Shown here piece after piece: positions 23,922-33,887 of a stretch of 64,000 bases of DNA (positions are counted from its first letter, which is position 1; each line of letters opens with the position of its first letter). Source of the DNA: Bacteroidales bacterium. GTDB taxonomy: Bacteria > Bacteroidota > Bacteroidia > Bacteroidales > Muribaculaceae. The position numbers and the translations under genes are program-made. The stretch covers positions 1,991,972-2,055,971 of the forward strand of contig CP091725.1 in NCBI GenBank assembly GCA_022009815.1, given 5' to 3'. The notes under the pieces are model-generated. The model saw nothing but the letters and a program-made list of their open reading frames with translations, did no database searches and was not told where the DNA came from.

Positions 23922-23960
23922 CAAGCGGCTTCGGCATCAAGTAGATGCTGAAGCCGCTTG
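23922..23960. terminator. bidirectional terminator hairpin between tamA and guaA
   Basis: A 17-bp stem pairs caagcggcttcggcatc with gatgctgaagccgcttg (one G-U pair). The loop is aagta. Confidence 0.7.
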
Positions 23961-23980
23961 GCTGTATGATGGCTGATGGA

Positions 23981-25503
23981 TTATTCCCACTCGATGGTTG
24001 CCGGTGGCTTCGACGAGATGTCGTAGCATACGCGGTTCACGCCTTTCACCTTGTTGATGATGTCGTTTGACACCTTGGCAAGGAATTCATAAGGCAGGTG
24101 AGCCCAGTCGGCTGTCATGGCGTCGGTGCTGGTCACGGCACGCAGGGCCACTGCACGCTCGTATGTGCGCTCGTCGCCCATCACGCCCACGCTCTGCACA
24201 GGCAGCAGAATCACGCCAGCCTGCCAAACCTTGTCGTAGAGGTTCCAGTCGCGGAGTCCTTGGATGAAAATGTCGTCGGCATTCTGAAGAATTTCCACTT
24301 TCTCGCGAGTGATGTCGCCGAGGATGCGCACAGCCAAGCCCGGTCCGGGGAACGGATGGCGGCCGATGAGATGCTCGGGCATGCCGAGCTCTCGTCCACG
24401 CGGCGCACTTCATCCTTGAAGAGCAGTCGCAGAGGCTCGCAGAGCTTAAGATTCATCTTCTCAGGCAGTCCGCCCACGTTGTGGTGGCTCTTGATGACCG
24501 TTCCGGTGATTGACAGCGACTCGATGCAGTCAGGATAGATTGTGCCTTGAGCAAGCCATTTCACGTCCTTGATTTTATGAGCCTCTTCGTCGAACACGTC
24601 GATGAAGCCTTTGCCGATGATTTTGCGCTTGCGCTCAGGGTCGGTGACGCCTTCCAGCTCGCTGAAGAACTTTTTGGAAGCGTCGACGCCGATAACGTTC
24701 AGTCCGAGGCACTCATAGTCGTGGAGCACGTTGCGGAACTCGTTTTTGCGCAGCATTCCGTGGTCTACAAAGATGCAGGTGAGATTCTTTCCGATGGCGC
24801 GGTTGAGAAGCACAGCCGCTACCGATGAGTCGACACCGCCCGACAGTCCGAGCACCACCTTGTCGTTGCCGATGCGCTCTTTGAGCTCGGCTACAGTGGT
24901 CTCGATAAACGATGCGGCGCTCCAGTCTTGTTTCGCACCGCAGATGTTGACCACGAAGTTGCTCAGCAATTTTGTGCCTTCCTCAGAGTGGTACACTTCC
25001 GGATGGAACTGAACGCCCCACACCTTCTCGCCCTCAATCTGATAGGCGGCGATTGCCACCTTGTCGGTCGAAGCGATTGTTTTGAAACCCTCAGGGATGG
25101 CTGTGATTGTGTCTCCGTGGCTCATCCACACTTGTGTGTTGTCGGAAAGTCCGGCGAGCAGCGGGTTTGTCTTGTCGATTGTCGACAAGTGGGCGCGGCC
25201 ATACTCGCGAGAGCCTGCCGGCTCCACTTTGCCGCCGTTGGCGTAGGAGATGAACTGCGCGCCGTAGCAGATGCCCAGGATAGGGTATTTGCCACGGATT
25301 TCCGACAGGTCGATTTTGAAAGCCTTCTCGTCGTAGACAGAGAACGGGCTGCCGGAAAGGATAATGCCGATGACCGAAGAGTCGTCTTTCGGCATTTTGT
25401 TGTAGGGTACGATTTCGCAGTACACGTTAAGCTCGCGGACGCGTCGTCCGATGAGCTGTGTGGTCTGAGAACCGAAATCCAGAATGATTATTTTTCGTGC
25501 ATA
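23981..25503 (-). CDS. guaA: GMP synthase (glutamine-hydrolysing), two apparent frameshifts
   Basis: With one extra A at the T5 run at 25492-25496, the ATG at 25503 gives [32 protein letters not shown]. The GATase and ATP-PPase motif SGGVDSSV are present. The second shift is at about 24396, before [19 protein letters not shown]. The protein ends in ATIEWE. Confidence 0.93.
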
Positions 25504-25522
25504 AATAATAAATATTATGTAT

Positions 25523-27862
25523 CTAACAAAATTGTTTCATTAATAGTTTATTGCCCACAATCCACAGGTTGTCGCCAATGGCGAGAATGCTGTCGGGCGA
25601 CGGTGTCTCGAAACTGCCGTCAACGCGCTCTATGGCTACGAGCATTGCGGAGTATCTGACTCTGAAATCGAGGTCGCCGATGCGTTTTCCGGCAAGCGGC
25701 GATTCTGCTTGCAGCATAACGCTTGTAAACTCCATTTCTCCGGTCTTGGGCTTTTCCGACGGCCTGCTCTCAACTTCGTTGATGAGGGTCTGAATCTGTT
25801 CGTCGGAGCCAATCACGCCGATTGTGTCGCCGGGAAACAGGCGCATGTCGGCGGTAGGCACGGCAATCAAATCCTCTCCGCGTTGTATGCTTGCCACGTT
25901 TACGCCGAAGCGTTGTGCCAGTTTGGCGTCGGCGAGGCGCTGGCCAACAAACGGGCAGGTGTAGCCGATGGTGATGTATGCAAGGTGCATATTGCTTACG
26001 AGGTTGTTGTTGCGGCCGCTGCGGCGCAGCTCGCGCTCATTGAGGTTGTCGACAAACTTGGTCTCGAATTTAGAGGTGTGACGCCGCACGACTTTGGAGA
26101 AGTTTATGCCCACAAAAATCAGCAGCGCCGTTCCGACAATGATTGAGACGCTGTGCGACGACGTGTCGAGCAGGAAGAACAGCAGGAAGCCTGCTGCAAT
26201 GGCGATTCTCACCGCACGCATGGCGATAAACGGAGCGTCGGTCTGGACACTGTGGCGCAGTTTCTCGCGTTCCCATCGCTTCATGCTCGGATAGCACAGG
26301 GCAAGCATGAATGGCGACATTGCCAACAGAGTAGCAACAGTGGCGAGCGGTTGTCCCCACTCGTTTCCGAAAGTGCGGTCGGCAAAAGGAAACATCCATA
26401 TCGATGAAATCCAAAGTATCGCCGTGAGGAGCACACTGTAGAGCAGCACGCGCCAGATGTTGCGGCGTGCCACGTCTTTCCACAGCAGTTTTATTTCCGA
26501 TTCATTGCGTGTCGACTGTTCGCTGTAGCGACCGATCCATTGCGACAGCCATTGCGGGGTGCCGCGTTCTGCCCAAGCGCATATTGGGTCGGATGCTTTT
26601 ATGAAGTATGGCGTGAAGAAAGTGGTGATTACCGACACCGACACGATGATGGGGTATATGTTGCTGTCAATCACTCCGAGCGACATGCCGAGCGTGGCGA
26701 TGATGAATGAGAATTCGCCGATTTGCGGCAGGGCAAGTCCCGACTGGAGCGCTATGCGCAGCGGCTGACCGCCGACAAGCATACCCATGACTCCAAAAAT
26801 GAATTTTCCGACAATCACGAGCAGCGACAAGATTACGATTGGCATCCAGAATTCGCCGAGCACGTGCGGGTTTACCATCATTCCGACAGAGATGAAGAAG
26901 ACGGCGCCGAAGAGGTCTTTTACCGGGGCTGTCAGTTTCTCAATTCGTTCAGCCTCGCTGGTTCCGGCAAGGATGGAGCCCATGAGGAATGCTCCGAGCG
27001 CGGCGGAGAAGCCGGCATAGGTGGAGGTGATTACCATCAGGAAGCACAGTCCGATGCAAAGCACCAGCATAAGCTCGTCGGAAAGAAACCGGCGTTGGCG
27101 CGACAGGAACGAAGGTATGGCATAGACGCCGACCACATACCATAAAATCAGGAAGAACGACAGCTTCATGACGCTCCATAAGAGCTCTTCGCCGCTGACG
27201 CTGTTGTTGATTGCTATTGAGGAAAGCAGCACCATCAGAATCACGGCTATCAGGTCTTCCACAATCAGCACGGCAAGCACTTGAGGCGCGAACCGCCTGT
27301 GGCGCATGTTGAGGTCGTCGAGGGCTTTCATGATGATTGTTGTCGACGACATCGACAGCATGCCTCCGAGAAACAGGCTGCTGATGAACGAGAATCCCAT
27401 CAGTTTGCCTGCGAAATATCCAGCCACAATCATTCCGGTGACGGAGAACAGGGTGGTGACGGTGGCTGATCCGCCAACATTCATAAGTTTTTTGAAACTG
27501 AACTCAAGTCCGAGTGAGAAAAGCAGGAAGATAATGCCGAGCTCTGCCCAGAATTCGATGTTCGACTCGTGGATCACCGTCGGGAAATATCCGAAATGCG
27601 GACCGACAAGGAAGCCGGCAACGATGTAGCCAAGCACCACGGGTTGTTTCAGGCGTTTGAACACAACAGTAGCAATGCCGGCCACAATCAATATCAAAGC
27701 GAGGTCGGATATCAATCCTGTGGCAACATGCTCTTCGCCGCTGTTTGGCGCGGTGTCTGCCGCAGGCACCGACGTGCTTAGCGAGGCAGATTCCACAGCC
27801 GCCGGTGTCGACACCGAGGCGTGGAAGAAATTGTCAAGGGTTGGTAGGTTGGTGAAATTCAT
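25523..27862 (-). CDS. CPA2-family cation:proton antiporter with C-terminal RCK_C/TrkA-C domains
   Basis: 779-aa protein with 10 or more TM helices ([21 protein letters not shown]) and two soluble C-terminal repeats ([13 protein letters not shown]; GDNLWIVG). Confidence 0.82.
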   Translation of the reverse strand: MNFTNLPTLDNFFHASVSTPAAVESASLSTSVPAADTAPNSGEEHVATGLISDLALILIVAGIATVVFKRLKQPVVLGYIVAGFLVGPHFGYFPTVIHESNIEFWAELGIIFLLFSLGLEFSFKKLMNVGGSATVTTLFSVTGMIVAGYFAGKLMGFSFISSLFLGGMLSMSSTTIIMKALDDLNMRHRRFAPQVLAVLIVEDLIAVILMVLLSSIAINNSVSGEELLWSVMKLSFFLILWYVVGVYAIPSFLSRQRRFLSDELMLVLCIGLCFLMVITSTYAGFSAALGAFLMGSILAGTSEAERIEKLTAPVKDLFGAVFFISVGMMVNPHVLGEFWMPIVILSLLVIVGKFIFGVMGMLVGGQPLRIALQSGLALPQIGEFSFIIATLGMSLGVIDSNIYPIIVSVSVITTFFTPYFIKASDPICAWAERGTPQWLSQWIGRYSEQSTRNESEIKLLWKDVARRNIWRVLLYSVLLTAILWISSIWMFPFADRTFGNEWGQPLATVATLLAMSPFMLALCYPSMKRWEREKLRHSVQTDAPFIAMRAVRIAIAAGFLLFFLLDTSSHSVSIIVGTALLIFVGINFSKVVRRHTSKFETKFVDNLNERELRRSGRNNNLVSNMHLAYITIGYTCPFVGQRLADAKLAQRFGVNVASIQRGEDLIAVPTADMRLFPGDTIGVIGSDEQIQTLINEVESRPSEKPKTGEMEFTSVMLQAESPLAGKRIGDLDFRVRYSAMLVAIERVDGSFETPSPDSILAIGDNLWIVGNKLLMKQFC

Positions 27863-27890
27863 TTAAACTACTGTTTTTTTATTGTTATAG

Positions 27891-30245
27891 TTAAGCGAGT
27901 TTAGGTATTTGCCGTTTGTCGCCGACAAGCCAGATGTTGTCGCCTTCGTGCATCATGCTGTCAGCTTTTGGGTTCTCAAATGTCCCGTCGGCGTGCTCAA
28001 TCGATACAAGCATAGCGGAGTATTGTCCGCGCAGGTCGACGTCGGCGACTTTCTTGCCGTTCAGCGGCGAGTTTTCCGACAGCAGCACACTCGTGAATTC
28101 AATGTCGATATTTTCGTCGGTGTTTGCCGCGCCGGTGTTTGCTTGCTCTATCGTCTCAAGCAGATGCTGTATCTGCTCGTCGGTTCCGACCACACCGAGA
28201 GTGTCGCCCGGGAAGATTCGTGTCGAGCCGCCGGGAATCGGAATTGTGCGGTCGCCACGCTGGATGCTTGCCACGTTTACGCCGAAGAGGTGGCCGATGT
28301 TTGACGATGCCAGTTTCTCACCCACAAACGGGCAGTTGTAGCCCACGTTGACAAAGGCGAGGTGCATGTCGCTGACAAGGTTGTTGTTGCGTCCGCTGCG
28401 CCGCAACTCCCGCTCGTTGAGGTTGGCGATAAACACATTCTCGATGTAGTTCATGTGTTTCCTTACCGACTTTGAGAAATATATCAGTACCAACACGAAC
28501 AGTGCCGCGCCGATGGAGATTGCAAGAGTGTGGGAGTAGGACGTGAACAGGAAATAGACCAAGAAGCTGAAAGCGATGACGATACGCACAAGCCGCATGG
28601 CTATGAACGGCACGTTGGAATGCACGCTGCTTTTCAGTTTTGTGCGTTCCCATTTCTTGGTGCTCGGATAGCAGAGCGCAAGCAGAAACGGTGCCATTGC
28701 CGCGAGGGTGATGCCCACGGTGAACGCTTTTGCCGTTCCTGTTCTCATAAACGACTCCATCAGCGGTGCCAGCAGATGCGCCGACAGCTGTATGATTGCA
28801 ACGAGCACTACGCAGTAGATCAGCAACCTCCATATCGTGCGCTGCAAAGCCTGTTTCCAGAGCAGCGTCACCTCCGACTCGTTGCGTGTCTGCGACTGGC
28901 TGTAGCGCGCGATGAGAGCAAGCAAGCGTGCCGGCAGATGCTTTTCCGCCCAGCGGTCTACGGGGTCGGCGAATTTTATGAAATATGGGGTGAAGAACGT
29001 TGTTATTACCGACACCGACACGATTATCGGATACAGCGTTTTGTTGATCACACCGAGCGACGTGCCGAGAGTGGCGATGATAAACGAAAACTCTCCAATC
29101 TGCACCAGCGAGAATCCCGACTCGATGGCAATGCGCAGCGGTTGTCCGGTGATAAGCATGCCTCCTGTGCCGAACACAATCATGCCGACAATCACTATTG
29201 CCGAGAGGATGAGGATTGGCACGGTGTAGGTGGACAGCACCTGTGGGTCGACCATCATGCCTACCGACACGAAGAAGATTGCGCCGAACAAATCCTTTAC
29301 CGGAGACACTACTCTTGACATGCGTTCAGCCTCGCTGGTGCCGGCAAGAATAGAGCCCATGACGAAGGCGCCGAGTGCCGACGAGAAGCCTGAATAGGTG
29401 GATGCTATCACCATAAGGAAGCACAGCCCGATGCACAGCACGAGCAGCAGCTCGTTGGTGAGGAAGCGGCGTTGGCGCTTGAGAAACGTGGGGATGATGT
29501 AGACACCCACAAGAAACCACAGGATGAGGAAGAATGACAGTTTGAACACGCTCCACAAAAGGTCTTCGCCGCTGACACTGTTGTTGACGGCTATCGATGA
29601 CAGCACGACCATCAGTATGACGGCAAACAAATCTTCCACAATCAGCACGGCAAGCACCTGTGGCGTGAACCGCCGGTGGCTCATATTCAAGTCGCTGAGC
29701 GCTTTCATGATGATGGTTGTCGACGACATTGACAGCATCGCGCCGAGGAAAAGACTGCTGATGTTGGTGAAGTCCATCATCCGTCCGGCAGTGTAGCCGG
29801 TTGCCATCATTCCCACCACGATGACAAGCACAGTCACCGCAGCCGAGCCTCCTACGTTGAGCATTTTCTTGAAACTGAACTCCAGACCGAGCGAGAACAG
29901 CAGGAAGATGATTCCCAACTCTGCCCAGAAGTCGATGTTGGCCTCGTCGACAACGGTGGGGAAGTAGCCGAAGTGCGGACCCACGAGAAAACCGGCAAGA
30001 ATGTAGCCCAGCACAACGGGCTGCTTCAGCCGCTTGAACAGCACGGTGGCAATGCCCGCCACCACGAGAATCATACCGAGGTCGGAAATCATGCTCGTTT
30101 CGCCGTTTGACGGCTGCTGTTGCTCTGAAATTTGTGCGTTTGATGTTTGTGCCGTTGTGGTTTGCGCCAAAGGCAATCCGCTGGCAGAAAATGCCTGGTT
30201 GAACGCAGGCACGTTGAATATCTTTTGAGATAAAAAGTCGCTCAT
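27891..30245 (-). CDS. CPA2-family cation:proton antiporter with RCK_C domains (tandem paralog)
   Basis: 784 aa, collinear with the 25523-27862 product along its whole length and with many identical blocks (for example [26 protein letters not shown]). Confidence 0.82.
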   Translation of the reverse strand: MSDFLSQKIFNVPAFNQAFSASGLPLAQTTTAQTSNAQISEQQQPSNGETSMISDLGMILVVAGIATVLFKRLKQPVVLGYILAGFLVGPHFGYFPTVVDEANIDFWAELGIIFLLFSLGLEFSFKKMLNVGGSAAVTVLVIVVGMMATGYTAGRMMDFTNISSLFLGAMLSMSSTTIIMKALSDLNMSHRRFTPQVLAVLIVEDLFAVILMVVLSSIAVNNSVSGEDLLWSVFKLSFFLILWFLVGVYIIPTFLKRQRRFLTNELLLVLCIGLCFLMVIASTYSGFSSALGAFVMGSILAGTSEAERMSRVVSPVKDLFGAIFFVSVGMMVDPQVLSTYTVPILILSAIVIVGMIVFGTGGMLITGQPLRIAIESGFSLVQIGEFSFIIATLGTSLGVINKTLYPIIVSVSVITTFFTPYFIKFADPVDRWAEKHLPARLLALIARYSQSQTRNESEVTLLWKQALQRTIWRLLIYCVVLVAIIQLSAHLLAPLMESFMRTGTAKAFTVGITLAAMAPFLLALCYPSTKKWERTKLKSSVHSNVPFIAMRLVRIVIAFSFLVYFLFTSYSHTLAISIGAALFVLVLIYFSKSVRKHMNYIENVFIANLNERELRRSGRNNNLVSDMHLAFVNVGYNCPFVGEKLASSNIGHLFGVNVASIQRGDRTIPIPGGSTRIFPGDTLGVVGTDEQIQHLLETIEQANTGAANTDENIDIEFTSVLLSENSPLNGKKVADVDLRGQYSAMLVSIEHADGTFENPKADSMMHEGDNIWLVGDKRQIPKLA

Positions 30246-30278
30246 TATGATAGTCGCTGAGTACTGTCGGTTTCTTCT

Positions 30279-30288
30279 GCAAAGTTAC
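30279..30288 (-). other. candidate att core (match to GTANNTTTGC)
   Basis: The minus strand reads GTAACTTTGC. This matches the 10-bp sequence reported next to the CTnDOT crossover site in element ends and targets. It lies 328 bp upstream of the int ATG. It also doubles as a TAacTTTG -7 box for the CPA2 gene. Confidence 0.35.
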
Positions 30289-30615
30289 TACAAAAAAGTG
30301 AAATGCGGAAAGATATAGTGATAGAATTGAGTTACAAGGGTTTTGGTTGAAGTGGCGATAATCCGTGAAGCCATTACAATCCCTGCCGAAGCCAAATCCT
30401 GACGCCGCTACGTTACTTGTTCGTAACCATGCCCGAAAATGCGACAAACGGGTACGAATAGCGAAACAAGGCTCTAAGGAATAGTGAGTTATCCATAACT
30501 CATGCGAAAAAAATCAGGTTACGGAAAAAAAGATTGCGCCGTTCCTCCCCGTTTTTGCGTACCAACACCGGACTCTTCACCAACTAATTTTTGAAACCCA
30601 AAAAAATTAAGGACA

Positions 30616-31853
30616 ATGAAGAGTACATTTTCAGTAATCTACTACCTCAAGCGTCAGGTAGTGAAAAAAAGGACGGGACAGTTCCCGTCATGGGACGCAT
30701 CACGGTGGACGGCAGCCAGACACAGTTCAGCTGCAAACTGACTGTCGATCCGAAACTGTGGGACACCAAAGGTGGACGTGTCACGGGCAGAAGCACGGCG
30801 GCACTCGAAACGAACCGTATGCTTGACAAGATGCGGGTACGCATCAACAGGCATTATCAGGAAATCATGGAGCGTGACAACTTCGTCACGGCGGAGAAGG
30901 TGAAGAACGCCTTTCTCGGACTGGAACACCGCTACCACACGCTGATGCAGGTGTTCCGCCAGCACAACGAGGACTACGAGAAGCAGGTGGAGGCAGGCAT
31001 GAAAGCCAAAGGCACGCTGCTGAAGTACCGCACCGTTTACAAGCACATGCAAGAGTTCCTCGACATCCGCTACCATGTGAAGGACATCGCCCTAAAAGAG
31101 CTTACCCCGGCTTTCATCTCCGACTTCGAGATGTTCCTGCGCACGGACAAGCACTGCTGCACCAATACCGTGTGGCTGTACGTCTGCCCGTTACGGACGA
31201 TGGTATTCATCGCCATCAACAACGAGTGGCTGACGCGCGACCCGTTCCGCGAGTATGAAATCAAGAAGGAGGAAACAACACGCAGTTTCCTGACCAAAGA
31301 TGAGATCCGCCTGCTGATGGAGGGGAAACTGAAAAACGCCAAACAGGAATTGTACCGCGACCTCTACCTGTTCTGCGCCTTCACGGGGCTGTCGTTCGCG
31401 GATATGCGCAACCTTACGGAAGAGAATATCCGCACCTACTTCGACGAACACGAGTGGATAAACATCAACCGCCAGAAAACGGGCGTGGTGTCCAACATCC
31501 GCCTGCTCGACATCGCCAACCGCATAATCGGCAAATACCGGGGACTGTGCGGGGACGGCAGGATATTTCCCGTTCCGCATTATAACACGTGCCTTGCCGG
31601 TATCCGTGCCGTCGCCAAGCGTTGCGGCATCACCAAGCATATCACGTGGCATCAGAGCCGCCACACGGCAGCCACGACGATATTCCTCTCCAACGGTGTT
31701 CCCATCGAAACGGTCAGCTCCATGCTCGGACACAAGAGCATAAAGACGACGCAGATTTACGCAAAGATAACCAAAGAGAAGCTCAATCAGGACATGGAGA
31801 ACCTTGCCGCAAGATTGAACGGCGTTGAGGAATTTGCAGGTTGCACCATCTAA
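30616..31853 (+). CDS. int: tyrosine recombinase/integrase of the conjugative transposon, one apparent frameshift in the A7 run at 30664-30670
   Basis: The ATG at 30616 gives MKSTFSVIYYLKRQVVKK, which joins listed ORF 30591-31853 (DGTVPVMGRITVDGSQTQFSCKL). The C-terminal catalytic region contains HQSRHTAATT, LGHKSIKTTQIYAK. Confidence 0.9.
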
Positions 31854-31864
31854 AAAGAAAAGCC

Positions 31865-32227
31865 ATGAAACGTGACACAATCATCATCGAGGACAAGGCA
31901 GTCAGCGTAACCGGTAACGAGATATGGATGACCTCCACAGAAATCGCCGGACTGTTCCATACGAGCGTCCCGGCAGTGAACGCCGACATCAGAGCCGTCC
32001 GCAAGTCGGACGTGCTGAACGACTACGAGGTGTGCCGCTACATGCAGCTTGAAAACGGGCTGCACGCGGACGTGTACGCGCTTGAAATCATCATCCCCGT
32101 CGCCTTCCGGCTGAACACCTACAACACCCACCTGTTCCGCACATGGCTGGTGGGAAAGGCACTCTCACAAGAGAAACGGCAGACATACGTGATGTTCATA
32201 CAGAACGGAAAAGCCGGGTATTGCTGA
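31865..32227 (+). CDS. RhuM-like putative DNA-binding protein
   Basis: 120-aa protein. The stretch IWMTSTEIAGLFHTSVPAVNADIRAV...YALEIIIPVAFRLNTYNTHLFRTW resembles the N-terminal region of RhuM-family proteins, from memory. Confidence 0.45.
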   Translation: MKRDTIIIEDKAVSVTGNEIWMTSTEIAGLFHTSVPAVNADIRAVRKSDVLNDYEVCRYMQLENGLHADVYALEIIIPVAFRLNTYNTHLFRTWLVGKALSQEKRQTYVMFIQNGKAGYC

Positions 32228-32302
32228 TTGCACATACCCCATAAGACAAGTAAACGGGCAGCACCACAAAATGTCGCCCGTTTCCTTTTTCATGTGGCCG
32301 CC

Positions 32303-32608
32303 TCACTCCAGCGGCTTGCGGTAGTTCGCTTCCAGCACCTCGCGCAGCCCCGTTTCCGGGTAAAGCACCTTCCCTCCCAAAAGTATGAAGGGCAACACGC
32401 GGTTGTTGCGGTATTCCTGCAAGGTGCGCCGGCTCACACGGAGCAGTTCCGACACCTCGCCGTCCGTCAGGTAACGTTCCCCGTCCAGCGGAGGACGGTA
32501 GCTTTCCAGAAATGCGGACAGCCATTTCGAGCCTTTGCGCATATCCTGCACCACAGAGGCTATCGGCTCGTCTTCCATCGTAAAAACATCGTTGTTCTCG
32601 TTCATCAT
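32303..32608 (-). CDS. helix-turn-helix (excisionase/MerR-like HTH_17) DNA-binding protein
   Basis: The HTH region is YLTDGEVSELLRVSRRTLQEYRNNRVLPF. The start was taken at MMNENN (32608), after the upstream gene's stop. Confidence 0.7.
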   Translation of the reverse strand: MMNENNDVFTMEDEPIASVVQDMRKGSKWLSAFLESYRPPLDGERYLTDGEVSELLRVSRRTLQEYRNNRVLPFILLGGKVLYPETGLREVLEANYRKPLE

Positions 32609-32639
32609 AACTTCGGATTCAGTGGGTGAATAAATCAAA

Positions 32640-32897
32640 TCATCTGCCGTGCGGATAGAGCGTGCCGACAAGCGGTATCAGCCGCTTCACCTCCTCTGGC
32701 TTGTAATAGAACCTGCGGTTTATCTGCGAGTAGCCGATAAGCCGCCTGTCACGCAGCGTCTGCAACGTGCGCGGGCTTATTCTCAACTGCCCGCAGACCT
32801 CCTCGCCCGTGAGCCATCTTTCCATGCGCCCCGTGTCGCTTTTGCGCCTCAGGGCGGCGACCTTCTCCGAGAGTGCGCCGAATGCCGCCACCATCAT
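32640..32897 (-). CDS. helix-turn-helix (HTH_17) DNA-binding protein
   Basis: The HTH region is WLTGEEVCGQLRISPRTLQTLRDRRLIGYSQINRRFYY. Confidence 0.7.
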   Translation of the reverse strand: MMVAAFGALSEKVAALRRKSDTGRMERWLTGEEVCGQLRISPRTLQTLRDRRLIGYSQINRRFYYKPEEVKRLIPLVGTLYPHGR

Positions 32898-33062
32898 CTC
32901 GAAAGTCTTTTTTTCTCGATAGACACTATTTCCATATTCATGTCATTTAGAGTTTGCCGCAAAGGTAACGAAACGGCATACAAGACGTATCGTTTTTCCG
33001 CTGAAAGGCTGCCTGTTGCGCCGTCTGTCCGGGTAATGGAGCCATCTTCCGCAAAAAAATCT

Positions 33063-33077
33063 TACGTGAGTCACGTA
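33063..33077. promoter_or_regulatory. palindromic operator candidate in the excision-operon promoter region
   Basis: The sequence tacgtga-g-tcacgta has perfect 7-bp arms and lies about 70-85 bp upstream of the xis2c ATG. A TTTG / gAatTTTG promoter-like pair follows at about 33090-33118. Confidence 0.35.
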
Positions 33078-33146
33078 GTGAGTTGTTAAAGCCCCTTTTT
33101 GTTTATTGCCGAATTTTGTCGCAGAAACAAAAAGAAAGGACTGAAC

Positions 33147-33509
33147 ATGAAAGTGATAACAATGGAAAGTTCCGCCTACAAGGAGATGATGGCGCAGATT
33201 GCGAACATCGCAGGGTACATCCGCGAGGCAAGGGACGAGAAGAAACGGAAGCGGGAAACCGAAGACAAGCTGCTTGACACGGCACAGGCGGCGAAGATGC
33301 TCAACGTGAGCAAGCGCACCATGCAGCGTATGCGCACCGACCACCGTATCGAGTATGTGGTGGTACGCGGAAGCTGCCGCTACCGCCTTTCCGAGATACT
33401 GCGGCTATTGGAGGACAACACAGTAAGGAACGAGGAAGGGACAATAGACACCCTGTTCCACAACCCCACGCTGCGCACGGGTGGCAAACCAAAAGGAAGG
33501 AGGACATAG
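33147..33509 (+). CDS. xis2c: excision/regulatory HTH protein, Xis2c-like
   Basis: 120-aa basic protein with the HTH region LLDTAQAAKMLNVSKRTMQRMRTDHRIEY. It is the first gene of the xis2c-xis2d-orf3-exc arrangement. Confidence 0.7.
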   Translation: MKVITMESSAYKEMMAQIANIAGYIREARDEKKRKRETEDKLLDTAQAAKMLNVSKRTMQRMRTDHRIEYVVVRGSCRYRLSEILRLLEDNTVRNEEGTIDTLFHNPTLRTGGKPKGRRT

Positions 33510-33512
33510 GTC

Positions 33513-33864
33513 ATGGAACTGCTCACACGAAACAACTTCGAGGGCTGGATGCAGAAGCTGATGGAACGGCTCGACCGTCAGGACGAACTGCTGCTGGCGA
33601 TGAAGGCTGAGGGGAAACAGCCCACTATCACGGAAAGCATCCGCCTTTTTCGACAATCAGGATTTGTGCATGTTGCTCCAGATAAGCAAACGCACCCTCC
33701 AACGCTACCGCAGCGTAGGCGCATTGCCCTACAAGACGCTGGGCAAGAAGACCTATTACAGCGAGGAGGACGTGCTGACATTCCTTTCCAACCATATCAA
33801 GGACTTCAAAAAGGAAGATATAGCCTTCTACAAGGCTCGTATCCATAATTTCTTTCATAAATAA
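33513..33864 (+). CDS. xis2d: excision/regulatory HTH protein, Xis2d-like, one apparent frameshift in the T5 run at 33646-33650
   Basis: MELLTRNNFEGWMQKLMERLDRQDELL...IRLF joins DNQDLCMLLQISKRTLQRYRSVGALPY (listed ORF 33664-33864) if one T is removed. Confidence 0.7.
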
Positions 33865-33887
33865 CCCATTAAAAACATATTTTTCAG

